From Octopus sinensis (Eukaryota): a DNA stretch of 64,000 nt. The stretch covers positions 83,328,001 to 83,392,000 of the forward strand of contig NC_042998.1 in NCBI RefSeq assembly GCF_006345805.1. The letters are read 5' to 3'. A model generated the notes under the pieces. It was not told where the DNA came from, did not search any database, and worked only from the letters and a program-made list of their open reading frames with translations. A program made the position numbers and the translations under genes. Shown piece after piece: positions 1 through 13,600 of this stretch (positions are counted from its first letter, which is position 1; the number at the start of each line of letters is the position of its first letter).

Positions 1-225
1 ATAGTGAGTTGGCAGAAACTCAGTACCATGCAATGCAAATAATAGGTGTACACAAAGGTCCAAACGAACCACTGACAGAGAAGCAGAAGTTTAGATAAAG
101 CGACAATAATCAGCAGAAGTAACCATGACATAGCCTTCCAGAGTTGCCAGCTCAATCAAACGATGGACGTTAAATGATGATGATGATGATGATGACATAT
201 TTACAATTAATTGATGGACACTCAC

Positions 226-316
226 ATCAAATTGCCATTTATTCCGTAATTTTCCAGCTTGGACATCCCACAAGTATATGGTTCCATCAAGTGTACCAAC
301 AGCAGCCCAAGGATGT
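226..316 (-). CDS. AAMP: AAMP exon 9 (HPWAAVGTLDGTIYLWDVQAGKLRNKWQFD)
   Basis: ttgtag acceptor, GTGAGT donor, 91 nt. Confidence 0.92.
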
Positions 317-3300
317 CTACAAGACCAAAAATGGAAAGAATTATCACAAGACAACATTACAAGCCAAGGCAGACAAATAAATATTGGTTTCAAATTTTGG
401 CACAAGGCCAGCAAATTTTTTTTGGGTTGGTGAGCATAAATCGAATACACCAACGCCAGTTCTTAAGTGGTACTTATTCTTATTTCAACCCTGAAAGGAT
501 CAACAGCAAAGTCAACCTTGACAAAGTTTGAACTCAGAATATAAAGCTGGACAAAATGCAGAGCAGCATTTCACTAAGCATGCTAACGGTTCTGCCAGTT
601 TGCAGTCTTTGGTAATAATTTATTCTTTTATTAGCCACAAGGGCTCACAAACAATAACATTAAAGGACATGCAACGGCATAAAAGACAAAAATGGGACGA
701 CACAATGGATTTTCCACGTATAAACAAAGCATAACAATAATAATTAAACAAATTAAAACTGCCAACAAGGGAGGTGCTTTAAGGTCCTCGTGGAAAAACT
801 AACCTTATTACATCATATGTAAACAAACATAAGTTTGTCTTTGAAGCATTGAAATGTATTGCAGAACAAGTAGAAAAATATATTTTTCAATGCATAAATA
901 CTGACAGAACAGCATAAAATATAGGATAAAACCCTTTCTAGAGCAGGGCTGGTTGCTGACAAGCTTTTCTGCTCTAAAAAGGATTTTATCCTATATATAT
1001 ATTCTGTCACTATTTACAAGTTGAAAAATATATCATTCTACTTGTTCTAGTAACCTTATTGTATACAGTGTTCAGGTGCACTACAATGCATCTGGAAGTG
1101 TTAAAAAAGGGGGCAGAAAGCCAACTTTAAGTCAAGTAAAGAAAGACAGTTATGAAGGTTGGAATACATGCACAGTACACAGAATAAAACACCAAAAAAA
1201 AAAAAAAGAAAAGGGAGCATTAAGTGTCGTAAAAGGTGCGCAGACACGTCAGGAGTAGTGTTGGTGAATTTAAGGAATCATGGATTACAGGGGCTGGTGA
1301 TTTATTCCATGCTTCAAAAGACCAATTTGTTTTGAAGCTGATGTGTTAGTATCAATCAACAAATCTTAAAAAAGTTCTGAGTGAAGCCTCTTCTCCTCCA
1401 AACACAACCTTTTTACTGTGGAAAGCTGATATATATATCATCTCAAAATTTCATTACTTTTAACTGCACAAAGCAGTTTTATATACCAATATATCTTTCA
1501 CTGAGGAATGTCATGTTTGAAATTATTTTTTGTTGAGATACAGTAAGTTTATTGACAACAACGTCATCATCAAACCCCTGTGACATTGTTCAGGGTCCTT
1601 TTCAGTGCCTTTAGTACCACAGGATTTGCTGATCACATATGGGTCTTGCCAGCCACATCTACTCCAATGAGAAACAATATGTTGGAGGCAGAGAAGAATG
1701 AATGTCTTGGATCAACATTGTCATAAGCAGAAAGCACTGAGGCAACAATGACATACATACAACACCAATTCTAATTTTTTGTCATTACTGGAATAATCAT
1801 GACATTTAATTCCACGGATTAATTAATTAGGGCTCAAAATATTAATCATTAATCCAAGAGACAAAACTCCAGAGTTTACATTTACGTTGCCTCTCTTCTT
1901 TTTCTTTTTTCTTATTTGCAATTTAGTCAAAAAGGTAATAGCAACCCTTTTGAAGCTTTCCAGTACCTCTAACACTGGTAGGAGGAAATAAGGAAATTCT
2001 CACTAAACCAGAAACCTGGCACAAATAATTGCAAGAGAAATGGACGCTGCTAAAGGCAGCCAAGGACCAACAGACAGTATTAACCAAATGTAAAGGGAGA
2101 CTATGTGAGTGGTGAATAAAGAAAAATGAGACAAACATAAGATAATAAACAGAATTGATTGATATCTACGTTTTGGAGAAAGCCACTGATTCCACTGAGT
2201 TATCCATGTTGGCATTGTGAGAATTGTTATCACAGATCACAGAAGATACAACCTGTTCAACAAAAATACAATATTACATTGCATTCAAGACAAAAATATC
2301 TGTTGACATAAATTATTTTTCCTCATTTTATTTTTACCAGAATTTTTATTGGTTTCAGTCAGTGTACTGTGTCCAGACAGGGACTCTGTCTTTAATGATT
2401 TTTTTATAATGATTGAATTCTGCTGACTCAACTGTTTAGTCTGGTATTTATTTTACTGGATTTTTCAAGGAGCAAAATGCAAACTGTCTTTAGCATAAAG
2501 GGACAAAACTAAATACAGCAAGCATTTTTATGACACATCATCTTTATCTCCACCCATGCACACACACACACACATGCACATACGTTTACCCTGTACTTTC
2601 AGATAATACTCCACCACTATTTATCACTTTGCAGCTAATACTAATTCATTCTTATTCTCCCCTCTAAATGTCAGTAGCCATGTACCTCTTCCACAACAAA
2701 AGCCTGCTCTGATACCAGCCCTTTTCTTTTGTATCTCAGCTCCTTGTATAAACACAAGAGCACACACACATAGATATATACATATATACAACGGGCTTCG
2801 TTCAGTTGCCATCTACTAAATCCACTCATAAGGCTTAGGTCAGCCCAAGGATATAGAAGACAGTTGTGCAAGGTGCCACACAGTGGGATTTTGAACCCAG
2901 AACCATGTGGTTGGGAAGCAAGCTTCTTACCACATAGCCATGTCTCAGCCTATGATATATTTTTTTAGGTAGAAAAAGAAAACAAGAATTAAAGTTTGTA
3001 AACAAATCAAAACTTACCTTGCCATTGTTGATATTTGTAATGTGACAGGTTAAATCAGAAGAACCACTGATGACCAGGTTATTGTCACTGTGACAGTCTA
3101 AACAGGTGATACATTCAGAATGAACTGTAAAGGAAATTAGACGTGTTAATTAAGACAATTATCAAGGTGCAGGTATAGCTGTTGCAGTTATAAAATTCAC
3201 TTTGGTACTATATGATTAGGGGTTCAGTCCCCACTGCAGTAATGTTGTTAGCTAACATTCTATAATATAACAAAGGGTTAATCAATATGCTGTGAATGTA

Positions 3301-6300
3301 CTGGGTAGAAAGAAGCTGAAGAGGCATGTAATACTTGTGTGTGTGTGTGTGATATTATTACCTTGCTTGGAAACAGGTATGTTGGGGACAGGAAGAGCAT
3401 CCAGTTATAGAAAAAATCTGCTTCTGACCCATGCAAGCATGGAAAAGTGGATGTTAAACTGATGATAAATGATGATGATGACAATAGTTAGGATGAATGC
3501 TGCAGCAGGTGTAGAGGGGAGAGAGATTTAAAAAGATTTTTTTGGTATGGCTAACTTAGTAATAGAAAGGCAACTCCTATCATCATTATATTTTCAGAGC
3601 CTTCAGACAGGTTTAAGGAACAGAATTCAGCTCAGTGTATCCTATAACAACCAGAATATATACATATACATGCAGTTAAACTTCAGATTCAGTACTGTTA
3701 AGTAAATGAATAGAAAATCTTCATCTGGACAGAACAGTAGTTTTACCCTTCTACCATAAAGCAGTTTTCACATGAAAAGCTATGACTGTCTTCCTATTAT
3801 TCACCAACAGCCAGGTGAATCAAGGTAATGTAAAATCGTGTATCCTGTTCAGAAATATAACAATGTAAAGCCTTTCAGCAGATTTAATCTCTAAACCCAC
3901 TGGTCTACAAGGTTAAAACAGTAACAACCCAGCCATTTCACTATTACTACTACTAGTACTACTGTTATTACTACTGCTGCTGCTACTACTACTACTACTA
4001 TTATAAGAACATCAACAAAGAGTCACTTACCATTCAAAGAGTGCAAACTTGTCTGGTCTTTCAATTCAATAATCTTCATCATTCCATTCTCAAAACCAGC
4101 ACACAATCGTTTACCTGTAAATATAGTTATGCAGTTGCCACTGAATTATTATTTTGGATTCTGCCATCTTTAGATGATGGATGAGGATTGCATGATTTCT
4201 TTGCCCAACAACCATACAGATAATTTGTTTATAAGTTCATTCCCTCCAGCAAATCAACATCACCTGCACAGGTGCACTAGTGTGCAATAATTGAGATGTT
4301 GAAATGATTGCAGAGCAACATGAATTGGAGTATTTTACTCAAGATCATAATGTGCCACCTGGTCTGGGAATCAAAGTCGTGATTTAGCGATCAAGAGTGC
4401 AACACCTTGACCACCAGGCAGTGCTTTCACATTATCATATATGGACACAAAAGTTTTTTGTTTTTCTTAAATAAATTAGTAATAAGAATAAATAGAAATT
4501 ACACACAAACATAAAATGAATTCAAATACATTTGAGAGATAGTTGAACCTCTTATGACTTGTTACTGCAGTTTGTCATGTACAATAAATTCTTGCAATTG
4601 CAATTGCGGCGTGGAAGATGTTTGTAAGGCATTCAAGAATACACAAAAACCATTAGTTTCACTTCAACATTTGAATTTTATTTGTGTCAAAATATTTTCG
4701 CTGCTTTGAAACCACGACCTGCTCAATGACTAAATATCGTGCGGCATGAAGTTTTGTCAGTGAAAAGGTCGCGGTTCCAAAGCAATGAAAATATTTTGAC
4801 ACAAATAAAAATTTAAATGTTGAAGTGAATCTAACGGTTTTTGTGTCTTCTTAAATGGCTTACAAACATCTTCCACACTGCAATTGTTTTTGTTTTAGTA
4901 CATGATCTCAGATCAAGTCACTTGCTATGCAAGTACATCTCCGTAATAAATTCTTGCTGAAGACAGAAAAAGTCCACTATTGGACTTAATGGATAAATCC
5001 TAAACTATTGAGTTCTCTTCAGTACCAGACACCAAGGGAGGCAACTTTGAGCTAACCAGAATGCTTAACCTCCTTTATTCAGTAAATATTATTTACTGAT
5101 AGTGCACATTGGACACAAGGGCAGAACAAAAACATGGATAGATGTGCATAGCAATAACAGTACGTATACAAGCTATCTAATCCCTACAATACCTTTATCA
5201 TCAACCACCTCCCAAACACTTGTTCTTCATTCATTTGATCTTCTCCTTCGTCTTTATCCTATCTCTAATCATTCCTCTTTCATGCAACCTCCACCCATCC
5301 ACACTTTCTATTCTGTCTCCATTCACTTCCCTTCTCTTTTTAGTATCTTAAGGGGCCACTTTGGCACCTCATCATGATCATTCTTACCTCCCTTTCCAGT
5401 TTCATCCCAATTATTCCTACCCACTCTTTTATTATACAAATAGCCATAAAGCTTCTCTACAGTAACCAACATGCTCCAGTAAGCCCCACCAGCTGCTTCT
5501 TTCATGCATTACCCTTTTATCACCTGGCATATAGCCAACTCCCTCTCTATGAGAATCTTAGTCTTGCAAGTTCCTTGACAACCTCACTTATGCTACTGCC
5601 AGGGAGAAAAAGTACCCAGGACACTCTATAAAGTGGCTGGTGTAAGGAAGGGCATCCTGCCATAGAAACCAAGACAAAGAAGACACTGGAACACAAAGGA
5701 CGCTTTGAAATCCATCAAATCCAATCAAACACTTCATTCCATGGAAGATGGATGTTAAAGGATGATGATGATGATGATTATATATATATATACATATATC
5801 ACTATCAGATGTTGTTGTACATCGCTGGTCACAATGTGCTTTGCATTGTTTCAGCTACCGAATAATGCCAACATTCCTCCCGACAGGAAGGCAAGTCTGT
5901 TGCAGGGTTACCCATTGACAGCTGAGTGTACATGTATGCATGCATGTATGTATATATATATATATATATAGGAGAGTATTGTAGTTCACTGGAAGCATTG
6001 TGTATTGTTTGTGAAATATAACATGTCTTGAATGGCACAACAATGCAGAGTGGACTATAATAACTTTTATAATTTAATTATTCATAGTCTGATATATTTG
6101 GGAATTTAAAAATTGCTTCTTCAGATATTGCTGGGAATTGATCAATTAAATTATAACAGTTAATATACTACACTCTGGATTGTTGTGTCATTCAAGACAT
6201 GTTATATTATATATATATACATACACTGTTGGCAATTTTTTTCCTCCTTCTTCCTTTTCTTTTGGACTTTCCTATGTCTCCTGTTTCCAAGGAGCTTTAC

Positions 6301-9300
6301 TCAAAACATAAAATAACCACTCTTTCTTTCCTTCTCTGAGCATTTCATTAATACTTTGCATATGCTAGATCCTCACATTGTAGTTCTTTTCTTGTCTTTT
6401 TTCCTCTGATTTTTTTTTGTACATATAATATCAATCATCAGTTGTAATAAAGAGCCCTGCACTGCTTGCAGACATTATATTTATTAACAGCTAAATGTAC
6501 TAGGCCAGCATGATTTCAAACTTATCCACAAAAATCAGTTCTATAACCAGTATGTAAAGCAACTTTAACACAGAGATCAAGGGTCCAAACTAAACAATAC
6601 ACACCATCAGGTAATATTCTTCCACATGTTACTGTACTGTTGGGGCCAGTGAAAGTCTTACAGTCTCCAGATGGTATCTTCCACATCCAAATTTGGCCAG
6701 TTGCAGTTCCAGCAAGCAACACATGAGCATGGGAATGCCATTGGATCCACTGAAGAAAAAGAAAAAATGAAATATATATATATCATCATCATCATTTAAC
6801 ATCCATGTTCCATGTTGCACAAGATCTGATTAGGATCTGCATTATGCCCTAATGTATGCTCAGTATAGTTTTTTTTTAATCCTCTTTTAATACCCAACCT
6901 ACCTTAGAGTGCCCCTGGTTCTATGCCACAAACTCTTTTTTAAAATTATCTCAATTGAAACCTTCCATCAAAATTTGAAGATAATTTACATTCCAAAACA
7001 TCAGCTTAAGAATGAGAGTTATTTTCTAAAATTCATTATTTTCAAAATTAACAAATGAGAGTCAATGTGTTTCAACAGAAATATGGTAACAAAAACTTGA
7101 AAGACCTGGGATAGATTTATACCTTGGTTAAGTGATATATTCATTCATTCAACACTGTATCAAACTGCAGAAAGTAGAATATTATAAATTTATGTCTAGG
7201 AAATTTAATAAAATACTTCATAATTATATTTTAGATTTATGCCAAAAATATTACATGAGGTGTGCAAGCTACAAAATAAAGAAGAAAGGTGAAGATACAT
7301 GTCTTGAAATGTCATAACAAAAAGGAAATAGAGTTCAGTTAACCCTTCTATTGTAATACATTACCTTTATTTTAATTAAGTTTTAAAATAATTAAGAATT
7401 TAGTAAAATGAATATGCCACTATTAAGCTGGAGTTTGGAACATAGTTGACATGAAATTTTTGATGAAAAGTTAGTTAGATCGCTTTTAACCCTTTTGTTA
7501 CCTTATTTCTATTGAGATGCTCGGTGTTTCTTTCAATTAATTTTAAATATAACAAATAATTTAGTAAAATAACTTAGTTATCGTTAAGTTAGTTTTAGGA
7601 ACATAAATTGTGACTAAGGTTTCGTGGAAAATTTTAATTCAGAACTTTTGAAAACAAGACATTTGTACTAGAGAGCCAGATGCAGTTTCAGGCAGGTTGG
7701 TATCAAAAGGGTTAAAATACGAAGTTTGTATCATAATACTAGGGGTGGAGGAACTCACATGGATTGGCATCAAAAGGGTTAACAGAAATGCATAGATGTA
7801 TATTTTGAAACTACCAAGTGATGGTATAATTCACATACTTATAACATTCAAATATCTGTAAGAAATGATCAGTGCAATATGCATATGGTATACGAAGGGA
7901 AGTAATTAAACTCTTACTGATGACACAGGATAACAGAAAATATTTGTAATTAATGAATTCGAAGGAAGGCAACAATAATTACTAATTAATGGATAAGAAG
8001 ATGGAAAGGAAAATAATATTATTTTGTTTAAAAGATGAAATACATGTACAAATGAATAAAACTTTTGTACATTTTTTCTCTGCATGTAATTTACCATAAA
8101 TACATAATGATACAAAGCTAAATGAGAGAGAATTTCACACATTCACCTTTCAGGCGACCAAAACAATGGTCCTTTTGGTTTCTTTTTTTTATTTTGAGGG
8201 GGAGGTTCTTTTTTTTTCATTATATAATTGTTATCTTCTTTACTTTTATTTGTTATTTGCTTCAGTCATTGGACTGAGGCCATGTTGGAGCATCACCTTC
8301 AATGGTTTTGGTTGAAAAAATAACCCCCCAGGACTTAATTTTTAAAAGTTTATTAGTTATCATATCGGTCTCATTTGTAAGAGTGCTAAGTTATGGGTAT
8401 GAAAACAAAACCAACAGTTGTCATGTAGGAGTGGGGGGGGGAAACAGAGACAAAGAAGCACACACATAGTAAACAGGCTTCCACACAGTTTCCATCTACC
8501 AAATTCACTCACAAAGCATTGTTCAGCCAAGAGTGAGGGTAGAAGACACCTGCCCAAGGTGCTGCACAACAGGACTGACCCCAAAACCATGTAGATCAGT
8601 GGTTCTCAACCGGGGTCCATATTGCCCTTGAGGGTCCACATCAGATCTTTGGTGGGGGTCACACAACAAAATATTAAATTGAGGATCAACAACAGTATTT
8701 TAAGAGCCCCTGAAAAAATTTTGCTTTAGACATAGGTATTGGTATGTATTGCAAGAAACAGCTAGGTTTCTTTCTCTCATATTTTTCATAGTTCAACCTA
8801 CACAAGTTAATGTGTGAAAACGTTTATAAATAACATTCTATAAAACTAGTTTTTAAACATTGAATGGCTACGGGGGTCTACCGGAATAAATTAGCAATCA
8901 AAGAGGGTCCATCGATAAAAGATGGTTGAGAACCTCTGACGTAAATAGAGCAAAGCAAGCCTCTGAACCACATAGCCACGCCTATATAACAGAACCAAAC
9001 ATAATCTGATCCAGAAGGAGATGCTCTTCTGATAGTAATACCTACCTCAATATCATCACATTCAAAAGACCACACTTCTTCTCTACTGCTGACTTTCCAG
9101 ACTTTGATAAGACCACTCAGGTCAGCTGTAGCAACATAAATACCATCAAAGCTAAAGGCAACACTTGCCACTGAGTCTTTATGTCCTGAAATATAACAAA
9201 AATAATATGGTAAGACTTTTATATCTTTAAGATACTTTGTGATTCTTTTATTGGCTTTGGTCACAGGACGCTGGTCATGCTGGGGCACAACTATCCACAG

Positions 9301-10584
9301 GATTTAATCAACTATATCTATCCCACTAATTTCCCCCGCCTTAGCGAAGGTGGGGGTATTGTTTTTCAGTCGCGTTTGTTTGTTTGTTTGTTTGTGGACA
9401 TGATATCACAAGAACCACTGGATGGATTCAAATGAAACTTTCAGGGATGTTTGACCTCGTGACTGGCACAAACTGACTAGACTTTGGGATCGATCAAATA
9501 CCGGACAAGAATTCTGGATTATTTTTCCGTTTTTTATTTTACTTAATTTTTGAGAGCGGTCGGGTTCATTTTTAGTATTCTCGTTTGTGAGACCAGTCAA
9601 GTTTATTTAAGATATTCTCATTTTAAAAATCATCTCTGGCTAATCGTTGAGAGAACGTTGGTGTTGCCTTGGCAGAGGTTTGCACTCTCTGAGTACTCAT
9701 GTTTGTCTGGTATTAATGTATTAATAACAAAACCTTAGAAGACGACGAACGACAAGCCACCAGGTGTAAAGGGAGATAACTACGATGGAATATAATCATA
9801 GTTTCTAATTTAGGCATAAGATCAACAGTTTTAATGGGGTGTTAATCAATGGTACCATCGATCCTAATAAACAACTGATGAAAATCAAGGTTGACCTCAG
9901 CGAGATTTCAAAAATGAAATATAATAACAAGAGATATTTTCATCAGCACACCAATAGTCTGTGGGATTTGAACTCAAATCGTTCTTTTTGTGAACTTGTG
10001 TTATGTATATATGGACGAGGGCAGCTGCATAAAAAGATGCTGATCTCTAACCAAGGAGGGAACCTGTGGAAGGGGAAAACCCAGGAAAATATGGGATGAG
10101 GTGGTGAAGCATGATCTTCGAATGTTGGGTCACAGGGAAGGATAAGTGGTTGAGGCCTTTGGTTATTTGTTGTGCTTGTGAAGACTTATCGAGCCAAGTG
10201 AAATCGTAGTTGGTGATGGTGATATGTAAAAGCACCTATGTCAGTGACACATAAAAGACACCCATTACACTCTTGGAGTGGTTAGCGTTCGGAAGGGCAT
10301 CCAGCCATAGAAACCAAACTAAAATCAGGCTGGAACTTGGTACAACTATCTGGCTTACCAGTTCCCATCAAACCATCTAACCCGTGCCAATAAGGAAATC
10401 ATCATCATTATCATCATCATTTAACGTCCGCTTTCCATGCTGGCATGGGTTGGATGGTTTGACTGAGGGCTGGCAAGCCAGAAGGCTACACCAGGTACCA
10501 ATCTGATCTGGCAAAAATTCTACAGCTGGATGCCCTTCCTAATGCCAACCACTCTGCTACATGATGATGATGATTATATATTTT

Positions 10585-10642
<58 letters not shown>

Positions 10643-13600
10643 AATTAACTGTTAGGGACATTAGCAGTGTTTGTATGGATGGAGCCTGGTGCAGCCTTCT
10701 GGTTCACCAGCCCTCAGTCAAATCATCCAAACCATGTCAGCATAGAAAGCAGACGTTAAACGACGATGATGATATCTAACCCAAATTCTAGCCTAGTGAG
10801 CATGGTCGTTGCCAGAACCGCCTCACTGGCCCTCATGCTCGTGTCACATAAAAGTACCCACTACACTTTCAGAGTGGTTGGCGTTAGGAAGGGCATCCAG
10901 CTGTAGAAACTTTGCCAGATCAGATCAGATCAGAGGCTCACCAGTCCTCAGTCAAACCATCCAACCCATGCCAGCATGGAAAGCGGACGTTAAACGATGA
11001 TGATTAGATCACCTTAAACAACAGAGATTGTATCTCTAGACATTTACAACTGTTTAAGGCAATCTAAACAGATCCAATTTAGCTTGGATGTGATAATTAT
11101 ATATATATATATAAATATATATATAAAAGCATCATTCAAATGTAACTGGGATTAGAAAGGGTGCCCATCTGTAGAAACTGGGCCAGATCAGATTGGAGCT
11201 TGGTGTAGCCTTCTAGTTTGCCAGCCCACAGTCAAACCGTCCAACCCATGCCAACATGGAAAGCGGACGTTAAACGATATTAATGATGATAAAAGCACCA
11301 TCCGAGCATGGCCGATGCCAGTGCCACCTGACTGGCTCCCATGCGAGTGGCACATAAAAAGCACCCACTACACTCTCAGAGTGGTTGGCATTAGGAAAGG
11401 TATCCATCTGTAGAGACACTGCCAGATCAGATTGGAACCTGGGGTAGCCTCCTGGCTTGCCAGTCCTCAATCAAACTGTCCATCCCATGCCAGCATGGAA
11501 AGCAGATGTTAAATGACAATGATGATGATGATGATGATGATATACACACACACACATATATACACACAAACAGATTTTCACACATATATTTGTGTATATG
11601 TCTTTGTTTGTTCCCCCAACTGCTTGGTAGTATAGGTTTCTTTATGTCCCCCATAATGTAACGGTTTGTCAAAGAGACCAGTAGAATAAGTAACAGTGTC
11701 AAAACAAATTAAGCGCCGGGGTTGGTTTGTTCAGCTAAACCCTTCAAAGCAGTGCCCCAGCCTGGTCAGTCTGATAACTGAAACAAATAAAAGATATAAT
11801 GTAAAACTGTCGTACCTTTACATTCCAAAATTATGTTTCCATTTTCAATGTCCCACAGATAAGCTTTGTCATCTTGTCCCCCGGTGACTGCCATCTTCAG
11901 GCCAGAGGGATGCAGAGATATGCAGTAGACAACATCTGCAGAGATAAAAGAAGTAATTAAAGATTAAAATGGTTTATGATTCATAAGAATACACACAGAA
12001 TAACAAGAATCTAAACCAATGGCTCTCAACTGGGGTCCATATGACCCTTAGGGGTCCACATAAGGTTTTGTTGTTAGCGTTTATGTGCAATAAAATGATT
12101 ATATTCCTATAGTACACAAAATATTTTTTTTTATATAATTCCCAACAAGAGCACTCAGAGAAACCTCCACCAAGGCAACACCAACATCCTCTCAACGATT
12201 AGCCGGAGATGATTTTTAAAATGAGAATATCTGAAATAAACTCGACTGCTCTCACATATGAAAATACTAAAAATGAACCTGACCACTCTCAAAAATTAAG
12301 TAAAAAAAACAGAAAAATAATCCAGAATCCCTGTCCGGTACCAAAACGATTTCAAAATCTAATCAGTTTGTGCCAGTCATGAGGCCAGACATCCCTGAAA
12401 GTTTCATCCAAATCCATCCAGCAGTTCTTGAGATATCTTGTCCACAAACAAAGAAACACGACTGTAAACAATACCTCTGCCTTCGCTAAGGGAGATGTAA
12501 TGATATTTAATTGTAAAAATAAATGGGATTTTTTAAAACATTGAATGGTTATGAAGGGTCCAATACAATAAAATAGGAATCAAAGGGGTTCATAGTCAAA
12601 AAATGGTCGAGAACCACTGATCTAAACAATGGCATATTCATTTATTTGCAATACATTCAAGTAGATTTGAATGTGAATACACTGGTGTCTCAAGGACTGG
12701 TGCCTCAAGGTCTCATTACATCAATGAATCTTGTGTCTTATGAAGATTTATTAACAAAAAGGTCTCCAATAATAGAAAACAAGTGATCAGCATCTTCACA
12801 TTTGAGCAAGAACATATTGAGAAAGAACAGATATGCTGTTGCTAAAATAATAAAAATGAAATAAACACATCATCATCGTTTAACGTCTGCTTTCCATGCT
12901 AGCATGGGTTGGATGATTTGACTAAGGACTGGTGAACCAGAGGCTGCACCAAGCACAAACTGATCTGGCAAAGTTTCTACAGCTGGATGCCCTTTCTAAC
13001 ACCAATCACTCCAGGAGTGTAGTGGGTGCTATTACGTACCACTGGCACGAGGGCCAGTCTGGTGGTTCTGGCAACAACCACACTCAAAAGGTGTTTTTTT
13101 ACATGATACCTGCACAGGAGCCACTCCAGCGGCACTGACAACAACTACGCTCAAATGGTGCTTTTCACGTGACACCAGCACAGGAGCCAATCCGTGGCCC
13201 TGGCAATGATCTGGCCCTGGCACAGAAGAAGAAAAATTAAAAGAGACAGGGTAGGTAAGTTTTATTCATATTTTTTTTACTTTATCTTGGGAAGATTGTT
13301 GTGCTAATAAACACACACATACATTGGCTTTATTTCACTTCATAATTTATTTTCCAATTGGTTAACCATTTAACAATTGTTCAATCAATCAGCTAGGTTC
13401 GTCAAAGTCCTTTTATTGCCATTTGCAACTTCATCAATGACATGCCTTCTCTGGTCCAAGCCCCATTTGATTTCTTCCCCTATCCCCACCTTTTCAGTTG
13501 TTTTGGAATCAGAACCCAGTGGAATAGGACTGAATCAAAAGATTTTAAAATGAATGAAATTTCAAAATTCAAGTTAAAACTCAAAAATTCTTTAAAAGTT

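Noticed and set aside
1923-2138. ORF near AAMP exon 8 considered as an exon
   Set aside because: No AAMP similarity; the phase-compatible exon is 2170-2252.
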